Assembly (NCBI GenBank): GCA_048268245.1
Contig: JBLWVX010000011.1
Location: 1-64,000 of the forward strand
Length of the DNA: 64,000 nt
DNA from: Arcobacteraceae bacterium
Lineage (GTDB): Bacteria > Campylobacterota > Campylobacteria > Campylobacterales > Arcobacteraceae
Direction of reading: 5' to 3'
Shown here: one piece after another, positions 33,192 through 42,569 of the stretch
How positions within the stretch are numbered: position 1 is the first letter of the stretch
How the letters are laid out: every line of letters begins with the position of its first letter
Made by a program: the position numbers and the translations under genes
The notes under the pieces: generated by a model
Told to the model about the DNA's origin: nothing
The model's database searches: none
The model's input: the letters and a program-made list of their open reading frames with translations, nothing else

Positions 33192-34493
33192 TTATTTACC
33201 TAATTTTTCATCTAATAATTTAGAGATAACTCTCTCTTCAATCATAGACATTTTAATAGCTGGTAGGTATCCTGCTTCTTCATATTGTTTTAATACTTCT
33301 TGTGGGTTTTGACCCATTTGCATTGCTTCAAAGTATAATACTTGAGTAACTTCTTGATCAGATACTTCTACTTCTTCAGCTTTTGCAAGTGCATCAACAA
33401 TGAATGTAGCTTTTACAGAGTTTTGAGCATCTTCTTTTAACTCATCTCTCATATCTTCTACTTTAGATGCATCTTCTTGTAATGCTTTGATTTCATCTTC
33501 ACTCATAGTTCTAACTTTGTTATTTAACGCATGGTTAACTTCTTGCTCAACTACTGTTGCAGGTAAAGCAAACTCTAAAGTTTCAACTAATTTCTCTAAG
33601 TAAGCAGGCTTTAACTCTTCTCTGTAGTATTTAGCTTTTGCTTCGTTAGTGATTTGCTCTTTGATTTTCTCTTTTAAAGTTTCTAAAGTTGCACCCTCTT
33701 CTTGTGGTAACATTTTAGTTGCTAACTCGTCATTTAACTCAGGAGCTGCTTTTTCTTGAATTTCATGTAAAGTTACTTTAAATGTAGCTTCTTTACCTGC
33801 TAATTCTTTTGATTGGTACTCTTCTGGGAATGTAACAACTACATCTTTTTCTTCTTCATATTTCATACCAATGATTTGATCTTCAAATCCTGGGATAAAT
33901 GAACCTGAACCGATTTCTAAAGAATACTTCTCAGCTTTTCCACCGTCAAATGCTACACCATCAACAAAACCTTCGAAATCGATAACAGCGAAGTCACCTT
34001 CTCTTACCATTCTTTTTCTTTTGATTTTTTCTAATGGAGCTGATTGTTTAGCTAATTCTTCTAATCTAGAAGTTACTTCTTCATCAGATGCTTCTTTAGA
34101 CTCTACTTCTGGTAATAATGCTTTATAATCACCTAAATCTACATTTGGCTTAACAGCTACTTTTACTTCTACATCAATAGAACCATCTTCGTTTTTCTCA
34201 AATTTAGAGATAGCTGGTTCACCAACCATATCTTCATTTTTAACGTCTAATTCTTTTAATCCATCAGTTAATACTGTTCTTAATGCATCACCTTCAGCAT
34301 CTTCTCTTAACTTGTCAGCATATCTTTGCTTAACTACCGCTACAGGAACTTTTCCTTTTCTAAAACCTTGGATATCCATTGTTTTTGCAGCTTGTTTAGC
34401 TAATTTGTCTAAGTTTGTTTCAATAGTGTCTTTTTCAATTTTTGAAGAAATCACTACATTTGCTTCATCAACTCTTTGTGCGTTAAATTCCAT
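33192..34493 (-). CDS. tig: Trigger factor
   Basis: GFRKGKVP signature; FKBP domain FIPGFE; upstream of clpP. Confidence 0.96.
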   Translation of the reverse strand: MEFNAQRVDEANVVISSKIEKDTIETNLDKLAKQAAKTMDIQGFRKGKVPVAVVKQRYADKLREDAEGDALRTVLTDGLKELDVKNEDMVGEPAISKFEKNEDGSIDVEVKVAVKPNVDLGDYKALLPEVESKEASDEEVTSRLEELAKQSAPLEKIKRKRMVREGDFAVIDFEGFVDGVAFDGGKAEKYSLEIGSGSFIPGFEDQIIGMKYEEEKDVVVTFPEEYQSKELAGKEATFKVTLHEIQEKAAPELNDELATKMLPQEEGATLETLKEKIKEQITNEAKAKYYREELKPAYLEKLVETLEFALPATVVEQEVNHALNNKVRTMSEDEIKALQEDASKVEDMRDELKEDAQNSVKATFIVDALAKAEEVEVSDQEVTQVLYFEAMQMGQNPQEVLKQYEEAGYLPAIKMSMIEERVISKLLDEKLGK

Positions 34494-34582
34494 TAAATTT
34501 ACTCCGATTGTTATAATTTAAACGAAGATTTTATCTAAAAATTACTAAGGCTTTTATAAAATACTTTTTCAAAGGAGTTCAG

Positions 34583-36301
34583 TTGAGTTTTTTATACGAA
34601 AATGTACTATTTTTTATGCTTATTCCAAGCTTTATTTTACTATTTATAATTATCAAAAAAGGTGACAAATTTGCACAATATTTCAATAAAGAAACACTAG
34701 ATAAATTATCTGTTTCAAATAGATATTTTTCTGCAAAAGCAAGAAGTATTACTCTTTTGATAGCTCTAATTTTTATGATAATAGCCCTTGCAAGACCTGT
34801 AACAAATGAGAAGAATGTAACTTCAAAACAAAAAATAAGTTCTGTTGTAATAGCCATTGATATTTCAAAATCAATGCTTGCAAATGATATTTTACCAAGC
34901 AGATTAACCTTTGCAAAAGAAAAAACTATTAATTTAATAGATGAATATAAAGACTTTGCTATAGCTGTTATAGTTTTTGCAAAAGATGCATTTATATTAT
35001 CTCCATTAACACAAGATTTAAATTCATTGAAATATCTAGTAAACAATCTTGATTATACACTTGACTTTAATAATGGTACAAATATATATGCAACACTTGA
35101 AGCTTCAAATAAACTTCTAAAGGATTATGAAAATAAAAACCTTATTTTACTTACAGATGGAGGGGATAAAAAAGATTTTCAAGATGAGATTGAACTTGCT
35201 TTAGAAAATAAAATAAAAGTCTATACAATTGCAACAGCAACAGCTAAACCTACACCAATTAAACTTAAAGACAATACTTTTTTAACTAATAAAAACAATC
35301 AAGTAGTAACAGTTAAACTAAATGAGAATATAAAAAAATTAGCTTTACAAAGTGATGGAGGATATATAAATTTTACTTTAAACAATAGTGATATTTTACA
35401 AATAAAAAATGAGATAAATAGTTCATTTGCAAATAAACAGTTCAAATCAAAAAACCATAAAACATATACAGAATTATTTTACTACCCTCTTGCTTTTAGT
35501 ATATTTTTATTACTTATTGCTTTTTCATCTCTACCTAATTTAAAAAATTTTAACAAAAAAACTACTAGTTTTTTTATACTTATTACATTTTTTGTTATTA
35601 GTCCATATAATTTAAAAGCTTCAATTTTTGATTTTAAATATATTGAAGAATCAAACAAAGCTTATGAAGAAAAAAATTATGACAAAGCATATGATGAGCT
35701 CTTAAAAATCAATGATAGCAAAGAAAAAGAGTATAACCTTGCAAATATACTTTACAAACAAAACAAATATAAAGAAGCTATAAAAAGATATGAAAGTATC
35801 AAAAGTGATGATAGAATTTTAGAGTTTAACAGACTTCACAATCTAGGAAATGCTTATGCCAAAGACAAGCAATATAAAAAAGCAATCAAGAGCTATAAAG
35901 AAGCTCTTAAAATCAAAGAAGATAAAGCAACTAGGCAAAACCTAGAAAAAGTAAAAAAACTTCTTGAAAACAAAAATAAGCCTAATAAAGACAATAACAA
36001 TTCTAATGAGAATAAAAAGAACAATAAACAAAAAGAGAATAAAAAACAAACTCCTAAGCAGAATAATCAAAAAAACAAGCAAAAGCGAGAAGATAAAAAA
36101 GAAAACCAAAACTCTAAGAAATCTAAAGACACTAAAAATAAAAATCAAGAAAACAAACAACAAGAAAATATAAATGAAAAGAAGTATATATCTAAAAAAG
36201 AAGAAGAAAAATGGCTTAATCAATTAGAAAAGAAAAAGCCTAAAGTATTTTTACAAAAAGTAAAATCTAAAAACAATCAAGAATCCCAAACTGCTTGGTA
36301 G
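34583..36301 (+). CDS. VWA + TPR protein (BatB/BatC-like fusion)
   Basis: ALARP, DISKSM MIDAS, LLTDG, TPRs (YNLAN, HNLGNAY), K/N/Q-rich tail. Confidence 0.85.
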   Translation: MSFLYENVLFFMLIPSFILLFIIIKKGDKFAQYFNKETLDKLSVSNRYFSAKARSITLLIALIFMIIALARPVTNEKNVTSKQKISSVVIAIDISKSMLANDILPSRLTFAKEKTINLIDEYKDFAIAVIVFAKDAFILSPLTQDLNSLKYLVNNLDYTLDFNNGTNIYATLEASNKLLKDYENKNLILLTDGGDKKDFQDEIELALENKIKVYTIATATAKPTPIKLKDNTFLTNKNNQVVTVKLNENIKKLALQSDGGYINFTLNNSDILQIKNEINSSFANKQFKSKNHKTYTELFYYPLAFSIFLLLIAFSSLPNLKNFNKKTTSFFILITFFVISPYNLKASIFDFKYIEESNKAYEEKNYDKAYDELLKINDSKEKEYNLANILYKQNKYKEAIKRYESIKSDDRILEFNRLHNLGNAYAKDKQYKKAIKSYKEALKIKEDKATRQNLEKVKKLLENKNKPNKDNNNSNENKKNNKQKENKKQTPKQNNQKNKQKREDKKENQNSKKSKDTKNKNQENKQQENINEKKYISKKEEEKWLNQLEKKKPKVFLQKVKSKNNQESQTAW

Positions 36302-36332
36302 TTTGATACTCTTTTTTATAAAGTCTAAAAAC

Positions 36333-37454
36333 TTAGTAGTTTTTAGACTTTCTCATTTGAAGTAATTCTCTTTGAACTGAAATATTTACTTCTTCGTCAG
36401 GATCAAAGTCTAATGAGTAATTTCTTCCATCATAGTCGACAGAATTTAAAATAACCTTCATAGCTTCAAGTCTCGCTTTATGTTTATCATCACTTCTTAC
36501 AATATGCCAAGGAGCAGACCTTGAAGTAGTTCTTCTTAACATCTCATATTTTTTCTCTGAGAACTCATCCCATAAATCTTGAGCTTGCATATCAACCTCA
36601 GAGAATTTCCACTGTCTTAAAGGGTCATTAATTCTTCTATCAAATCTTCTTTTTTGCTCTTCTTTTGATACAGAGAAATAAAGTTTGATTAAAATCATTC
36701 CTTGTCTTACTAAATCTTGTTCAAAATTAACAACATCTTCCATAAAGATTTCATGTTCTTCATTTGTACAAAATCCAAAAATAGGTTCAACCATAGCTCT
36801 GTTATACCAAGATCTATCAAATAAAACCATCTCACCACCTGTTGGGAAATGTTCAATATATCGTTGGAAGAACCATTGGTTTCTTTGAGTTTCTGTTGGC
36901 TTACCAAGTGCAACAACTCTATAATGCTTATTGTTCATATACCTAGTGATTCGTCTAATGGCACCACCTTTACCTGAAGCATCTCTTCCTTCAAAAAGAA
37001 TAATCATTCTTTTATTCTCTTTTTCAAGATAATTTTGAAGCTTTATAAGTTCTATTTGATATTTTTTTAACTCTTCTAAGTCATAGATTTTTTGAATTCC
37101 ATATGATAGAGTTTCTGGGTGAAGTTTTTTATAATCACCTAATATATCTATTAATTCTTGATTTTCTTTAATTAGTCTTTCTAATTCTTCATTTACTTGT
37201 GTATTTGTTTCAGCAGTCACTTCTTTTTTCTTTTCCTTTGCTTTTTTTGACACAATTGATTCTTTGAAACTTTTCATAAGTTCTAAAGCAGTTTTCTTTG
37301 TAAGGTCATCTTTTTTTGTATAACCTAATACTTTAACATATCTTTTTCTTTCAAATTGAAATCTAGCAATATATTTCTTTCCAAAAACTGGGTGCGTGGC
37401 TTTTGAAATATATAAGCCACTATAGTTTGTCTTTTCAAAATCACTTAAATTCAT
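36333..37454 (-). CDS. ppk2: Polyphosphate kinase 2 with N-terminal extension
   Basis: FEGRDASGKGG and FDRSWYNRA motifs; about 120-aa extra N-terminal region. Confidence 0.92.
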   Translation of the reverse strand: MNLSDFEKTNYSGLYISKATHPVFGKKYIARFQFERKRYVKVLGYTKKDDLTKKTALELMKSFKESIVSKKAKEKKKEVTAETNTQVNEELERLIKENQELIDILGDYKKLHPETLSYGIQKIYDLEELKKYQIELIKLQNYLEKENKRMIILFEGRDASGKGGAIRRITRYMNNKHYRVVALGKPTETQRNQWFFQRYIEHFPTGGEMVLFDRSWYNRAMVEPIFGFCTNEEHEIFMEDVVNFEQDLVRQGMILIKLYFSVSKEEQKRRFDRRINDPLRQWKFSEVDMQAQDLWDEFSEKKYEMLRRTTSRSAPWHIVRSDDKHKARLEAMKVILNSVDYDGRNYSLDFDPDEEVNISVQRELLQMRKSKNY

Positions 37455-38381
37455 CTATTGTGCCTTTGCGAACTTATTTTCTTGTTCCATGATTTCTATT
37501 TCTTTTGTTCCACTAATTAAAATATCTGAATCAGTATTTTCAATAACTTCATGAACTTTATTTGGATACTCAATATTTGATAATATATGTTTTATACAAT
37601 TTAATCTAGCTTTTTTCTTATTATCACTTCTAATTACTGTCCATGGAGCATGATCAGAATTTGAAGCCATAAGCATTGAGAATTTTGCAACAGTATATTT
37701 ATCCCATAAATTTTGAGATTCTTTATCTACAGGAGATAATTTATATTGCTTTAATGGATCAACTTCTCTTTTTTTGAATCTTCTAGCTTGTTCTTTTTTA
37801 GATACTGAAAAATAGAACTTCATTAAAACAATACCAGATTTTACAAGCATTTTTTCAAACTCTGGAACTTCTCTTAAAAACTCATGATGCTCTTCAGTAG
37901 AACAAAATCCCATTACAGGTTCAACTCCACCTCTGTTGTACCATGATCTATCAAAAAGAACTATTTCTCCAGCACTTGGAAGATGCTTTGTATATCTTTG
38001 GAAATACCATTGAGTTTTTTCTATATCACTTGGTTTTTCAAGTGCAACAACTCTTGCACCTCTTGGATTTAGATGTTCAGTAATTCTTTTTATTGTACCA
38101 CCTTTACCTGCGGCATCTCTACCTTCAAAAATCATAAGAACTTTAAGTCCTTTTTCTTTTACATGATTTTGAAGTTTTAAAAGCTCGATTTGTAAAGAAG
38201 TCAATTCTCTTTCATATTCTAAAGTCTCTTTTTTTACCCAAATTTGAACTTTTTTACCTTTGTGCTTAAGTTCGCCTCTTTTTCTTGACTTGTCTTTATA
38301 GTTATGTTTTATATCATCTTGTGTATCAATCTCATCCATGTCTTTGAATTCTTCATTTATGATATCTCTTTCTTGCCCCAT
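37455..38381 (-). CDS. ppk2: Polyphosphate kinase 2
   Basis: FEGRDAAGKGG, FDRSWYNRG and KLSP.D motifs. Confidence 0.94.
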   Translation of the reverse strand: MGQERDIINEEFKDMDEIDTQDDIKHNYKDKSRKRGELKHKGKKVQIWVKKETLEYERELTSLQIELLKLQNHVKEKGLKVLMIFEGRDAAGKGGTIKRITEHLNPRGARVVALEKPSDIEKTQWYFQRYTKHLPSAGEIVLFDRSWYNRGGVEPVMGFCSTEEHHEFLREVPEFEKMLVKSGIVLMKFYFSVSKKEQARRFKKREVDPLKQYKLSPVDKESQNLWDKYTVAKFSMLMASNSDHAPWTVIRSDNKKKARLNCIKHILSNIEYPNKVHEVIENTDSDILISGTKEIEIMEQENKFAKAQ

Positions 38382-38398
38382 TATCCACCTTTATTTAT

Positions 38399-39538
38399 TC
38401 ATGATAGTCTCATTTTATAATCATTATATCCAAAATTGTTTACAACTTGGTAACAATCATTGTTCTTTTTTAACACAATAGATGGTAACTTTATACCATT
38501 AAATGTAGTTGTTTTAACCATTGTGTAATGAATCATATCTTCTAAGATAATTCTATCACCTATTTTTAGTTCCTCATCAAAAGAATAATCTCCAATAACA
38601 TCCCCTGCTAAGCAAGTATTGCCAGCAAATCTATAAGTATATTTTTTTTCATTTGCAAGACCACTATTTCTTACATCAGGTCTATATGGCATTGCTAAAG
38701 TATCAGGCATATGTGCTTCTGCAGAAGTATCTAAAATGGCTACTTTCATTCCATTATCAACAATATCAAGTACTGTTGCACTTAGGTATCCAGTTTGCCA
38801 ACCAACTGCTTCACCTGGTTCTAGATATACTTCAAGATGAGGGTATCTTTTTTTGAAAGCTTTTAAAACTTCAATTAATCTATTAACATCATAATCAACT
38901 CTAGTAATATGATGCCCTCCTCCGAAGTTTACCCATTTCATTGAAGGTAAAAACTCACCAAAGTTTTTTTCAAAATTTGATAATGCCCCCTCTAAAACAT
39001 CAACATTTTGTTCACATAAAGCATGAAAGTGTAAACCTTCAACTCCTTCAATTTCATCTTTTTGGAAATTTGCCTTTGTAATACCAAGTCTTGAAAATGG
39101 TGCACAAGGATTATATAAATCAACCTCAACAGATGAATATTCAGGATTTACTCTAAGACCAATAGATGTTTTTCCAAGTGCTTTGTGTTTTAATCTTTTT
39201 AGTTGTGAAAAAGAGTTGAAAACTACATGATTTGATAAAGATACAATTTCATCAAACTCTTCTTCCTTAAAAGCAGGAGAGTAAGTATGAACTTCTCCTC
39301 CAAACTCTTCTTTTGCAAGGATTGCTTCATGTAGTCCTGAAGCACAACAACCTTTTAAATACTTTTTACATATATCAAATGTACTAAAAAGAGCAAAGCC
39401 TTTTAAAGCAAGAAGTATATTTACTTCTGCTTCATCTTGTACTCTTTTTAAAGTCTCTAAATTTTTTATAAGTAAAGCTTCCTCACAAACAAAAGCTGGG
39501 CTTGGAAGCTCTTCATTTTTAACAATATTATTCTTCAA
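38399..39538 (-). CDS. nspC: Carboxynorspermidine decarboxylase
   Basis: [28 protein letters not shown] and HYTMVK..TFNG motifs; TTG 39538 chosen as start (uncertain). Confidence 0.93.
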   Translation of the reverse strand: MKNNIVKNEELPSPAFVCEEALLIKNLETLKRVQDEAEVNILLALKGFALFSTFDICKKYLKGCCASGLHEAILAKEEFGGEVHTYSPAFKEEEFDEIVSLSNHVVFNSFSQLKRLKHKALGKTSIGLRVNPEYSSVEVDLYNPCAPFSRLGITKANFQKDEIEGVEGLHFHALCEQNVDVLEGALSNFEKNFGEFLPSMKWVNFGGGHHITRVDYDVNRLIEVLKAFKKRYPHLEVYLEPGEAVGWQTGYLSATVLDIVDNGMKVAILDTSAEAHMPDTLAMPYRPDVRNSGLANEKKYTYRFAGNTCLAGDVIGDYSFDEELKIGDRIILEDMIHYTMVKTTTFNGIKLPSIVLKKNNDCYQVVNNFGYNDYKMRLS

Positions 39539-39692
39539 GCGGTTCAAAATCCTCTTTACCTACACCACAATCAGGACATTCCCAATCTTCAGGAATATCT
39601 TCAAAAGCAGTCCCTGGTTCGATCCCACTATCAGGATCACCTATTGCTGGGTCATATACATAGTCACATACAGTACAAATATATTTTTGCAT
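39528..39692 (-). CDS. Rubredoxin (54 aa, absent from the ORF track)
   Basis: Hand translation [61 protein letters not shown]. Confidence 0.96.
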   Translation of the reverse strand: MQKYICTVCDYVYDPAIGDPDSGIEPGTAFEDIPEDWECPDCGVGKEDFEPLEE

Positions 39693-39776
39693 TTTATATC
39701 CTTTGTTTTAATATGACTTATTATACACCTATTTTAAATAATAGAACACTTAAATAAAGCACTATCTTTTATTATT

Positions 39777-40994
39777 TTATTCAATTGGTAAATCTAATAT
39801 CTTCCAAGGTAAACCTTGAGTCATTAGTTCATCCATAAAAGGTTTAGCTTCAAACTCTTCTATATTGAATACACCTTTACCATCCCAAATACCTTTATAA
39901 AGCATTTTTGTTCCAATCATAGCAGGAACTCCAGTTGTATAAGATACTGCTTGTGCTCCTGTTTCTTTGAAACACTCTTGATGATCACATACATTGTAAA
40001 TATATACTTTTTTCTTTTTCCCGTCCTTAATACCTTCAATAATACAACCAATATTTGTTTTACCAACAGTTCTAGGTCCAAGACTAGCTGGATCTGGTAA
40101 TAGTGTAGTTAAAAACTCAATTGGAGTAATCTCAACACCTTTATGCATAATAGGCTCAATACCAAGCATACCTACATTTTGTAAGCAGTTCATGTGTTGA
40201 ATATATGAATCTCCAAATGTCATAAAGAATCTAATTCTTTTTAAACCTTTAATATTTTTTGATAAAGACTCTAACTCTTCATGATATAAAAGATATGAAG
40301 GTTTTACTCCAACTTCTGGATAATCATGTTCAACTCTAATTTCAAGGGGTTTTGTTTCAACCCATTCTCCAACACCTTCATCATTTTTTTGCCAATATCT
40401 ACCATTTGCAGATACTTCTCTTAAATTGATTTCTGGATTAAAGTTTGTAGCAAATGGGTATCCATGGTCACCTGCATTACAATCCATAATATCAATATAG
40501 TTTATTTCATCAAATAAGTTTTGTTGCGCATATGCACAAAATACCCCTGTAACACCTGGGTCAAAACCAGAACCTAATAAAGCTTTAATTCCAGCTTTTT
40601 CAAATTGTTCATGTCTAGCCCATTGTTCTTTATACTCAAATTTAGCCTCATCAGGGTGCTCATAATTTGCAGTATCAACATAATCAACACCTGTTTGTGT
40701 ACAAGCATCCATGATTGTCAAGTCTTGGTAAGGAAGTGCTACGTTTAGCACTACTTTTGGATTTACTTTTTTTATAAGCTCTACTAGCTCAGGAATATTA
40801 TCAGCATCTACAGACGCAGTATCAATATCAACATCTTGATTTTTCTTAATATCAGCAGCAATAGCATCACACTTTGAAACTGTTCTTGATGCTAAAGTGA
40901 TTTTTTCAAATGTATCGATATTCATAGCACACTTAACAGTAGCCACTCTACTAACTCCACCTGCACCGATGATTAAAATACCTTTTTTATCCAT
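39777..40994 (-). CDS. Carboxynorspermidine dehydrogenase (saccharopine dehydrogenase family)
   Basis: IIGAGGV, NVALPYQDL, GFDPG and FATNFNPEIN motifs; operonic with nspC. Confidence 0.9.
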   Translation of the reverse strand: MDKKGILIIGAGGVSRVATVKCAMNIDTFEKITLASRTVSKCDAIAADIKKNQDVDIDTASVDADNIPELVELIKKVNPKVVLNVALPYQDLTIMDACTQTGVDYVDTANYEHPDEAKFEYKEQWARHEQFEKAGIKALLGSGFDPGVTGVFCAYAQQNLFDEINYIDIMDCNAGDHGYPFATNFNPEINLREVSANGRYWQKNDEGVGEWVETKPLEIRVEHDYPEVGVKPSYLLYHEELESLSKNIKGLKRIRFFMTFGDSYIQHMNCLQNVGMLGIEPIMHKGVEITPIEFLTTLLPDPASLGPRTVGKTNIGCIIEGIKDGKKKKVYIYNVCDHQECFKETGAQAVSYTTGVPAMIGTKMLYKGIWDGKGVFNIEEFEAKPFMDELMTQGLPWKILDLPIE

Positions 40995-41082
40995 TTTTTT
41001 CTCCAAATTAATATGTATGATATTATAAACTTTTTTTAGTAAATAACTATTGAATTTTTAATTTGATTTTAATTTATTTGCT

Positions 41083-41118
41083 TTATACTATTTTTTAAGA
41101 AAATTACGATATAGTTTC
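41083..41118 (+). promoter_or_regulatory. Probable native ssrA promoter, now upstream of the 5' fragment only
   Basis: TTTAAG (41094-41099) and Gn-TATAGT -10-like box (41110-41115) just upstream of the tmRNA 5'-end copy. Confidence 0.5.
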
Positions 41119-41129
41119 AAATATTTTTT

Positions 41130-41190
41130 ATGGGGATGATATGGCTTCGATTAGAGCATCGAGGCTTGATTGCATGTCGGCCTGAGCATG
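41130..41190 (+). repeat. attL: 61-bp direct repeat comprising the 5' end of tmRNA
   Basis: ATGGGGATGATATGGC...CCTGAGCATG is identical to 54498-54558. Confidence 0.95.
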
Positions 41191-41271
41191 GTGGCTAAAT
41201 GTTCAAACACATCTCAGACTAATGCCATCTTTAGGTATCTAGAGCTATTTTTTAATTTTAGCTTAAACCTC

Positions 41272-41294
41272 TCATTCACAAACTCATTCACATT
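41272..41294 (+). repeat. Probable integrase arm-type site (left)
   Basis: TCATTCACAAACTCATTCACATT (tandem TCATTCACA) is identical to 54410-54432. Confidence 0.75.
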
Positions 41295-41330
41295 TTACGT
41301 GTTTTAGTCCAATTATTTAGGCTAATTACT

Positions 41331-42563
41331 ATGAGTGTTAATAAACTACTAACTTCACTTAATATCAACAAATATGGAGTATATTATCTTAGGTTTAGAG
41401 TCTCAAATAAACTAAGTAGATTTTTCAAAAAAGAGTACATTTCAAAGTCTTTATTTACAAAAGAAAAGAAGACAGCAAAAATTAAAGCTATGGTTTACAG
41501 AAGTAAATATATAGAGCTACTTCAAATATCAGAATGGATTGACGATAAGACACTTCAATTAAAAGTTAATGAATACATGAAGGATACTCTTAAAGTTGAA
41601 TGTCCAAGTATTGAACAAGAACAACCTAAGCAAGATGAGTTTAGATTAAAAGATGCTATTGCCTTATATAACAAATGGTACAAAAAACAAGGTGTAGCAG
41701 AGAAACAATATAAGATGATACAAAAAAGATTAAATGTGGCTATTTCATATTTTGGTGAAAATAGAATACTGAAAGAACTTAATACAGATGATATTGAAGA
41801 ATACATTGATTTTTTAACTAAGTATCCTAACCCTAACAAAAAACCTTACAAAACAATGAGTTTCAAACAAATACTTAGGCTCAAAAATGTACCTCAACAA
41901 GACTATATCTCACCTAGTACAGTTATTAAATATATCAAAGCATTTCAACAGCTTGAAAACTTCTTAGTTGATGATGGTAAACTTGACAGGAAAATAAGTA
42001 AAAGAGCTAAACTTCCAAATGTTAAAGATGCATCTAGAAGTCCGTTTACCGAAGATGACTTAAAAACTCTCTATAATAAGTTTGATAAAATGGGTGATTT
42101 AGGTCTACTCTACTACACATTTGCTTATTCAGGTATGAGAACTTCAGAGTTTTGGAAATCTAAAATAGGATATGAAGATGGCATATACTTTTTTGATTTA
42201 TCCTATGAAGGGGTAGAGCTTAAAACTAATTCAAGTAAACGTAAAATACCTATTCATTCTAAACTAATTGAAAAAGGTATCTTATATAAATTAGAGGAAC
42301 TTCAAGAATCATATAAACAGGGATATGTAAGTGAAATCTTTAACAGAAAACTAATCAACCTTATCAGAGACTCTAAGAATAAAGTAATGTATAGTTTTAG
42401 GCATACTGTAGCAACTCATTTAAAGAGAGCTGATGTTGATATTGATAAAATCTCTGAGATACTTGGACATCGCTATGAAAATACTTCTATGACTAAAACA
42501 GTTTATACTAATGGTTATTCTTTACTTCAACTAAAAGAAGCAATAGATAGATTAGATTTTTAG
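41331..42563 (+). CDS. Tyrosine recombinase / integrase of island 1
   Basis: N-terminal YYLRFRV...ISKSL.T arm-type domain; GMRTSE, LKT, YSFRH, ILGH and VY catalytic motifs; adjacent to attL. Confidence 0.92.
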   Translation: MSVNKLLTSLNINKYGVYYLRFRVSNKLSRFFKKEYISKSLFTKEKKTAKIKAMVYRSKYIELLQISEWIDDKTLQLKVNEYMKDTLKVECPSIEQEQPKQDEFRLKDAIALYNKWYKKQGVAEKQYKMIQKRLNVAISYFGENRILKELNTDDIEEYIDFLTKYPNPNKKPYKTMSFKQILRLKNVPQQDYISPSTVIKYIKAFQQLENFLVDDGKLDRKISKRAKLPNVKDASRSPFTEDDLKTLYNKFDKMGDLGLLYYTFAYSGMRTSEFWKSKIGYEDGIYFFDLSYEGVELKTNSSKRKIPIHSKLIEKGILYKLEELQESYKQGYVSEIFNRKLINLIRDSKNKVMYSFRHTVATHLKRADVDIDKISEILGHRYENTSMTKTVYTNGYSLLQLKEAIDRLDF

Positions 42564-42569
42564 TCTTGT

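Noticed and set aside
35942..36223. Phe-rich and Lys-rich alternative ORFs
   Set aside because: Artefacts of the low-complexity K/N/Q tail of the VWA-TPR gene.
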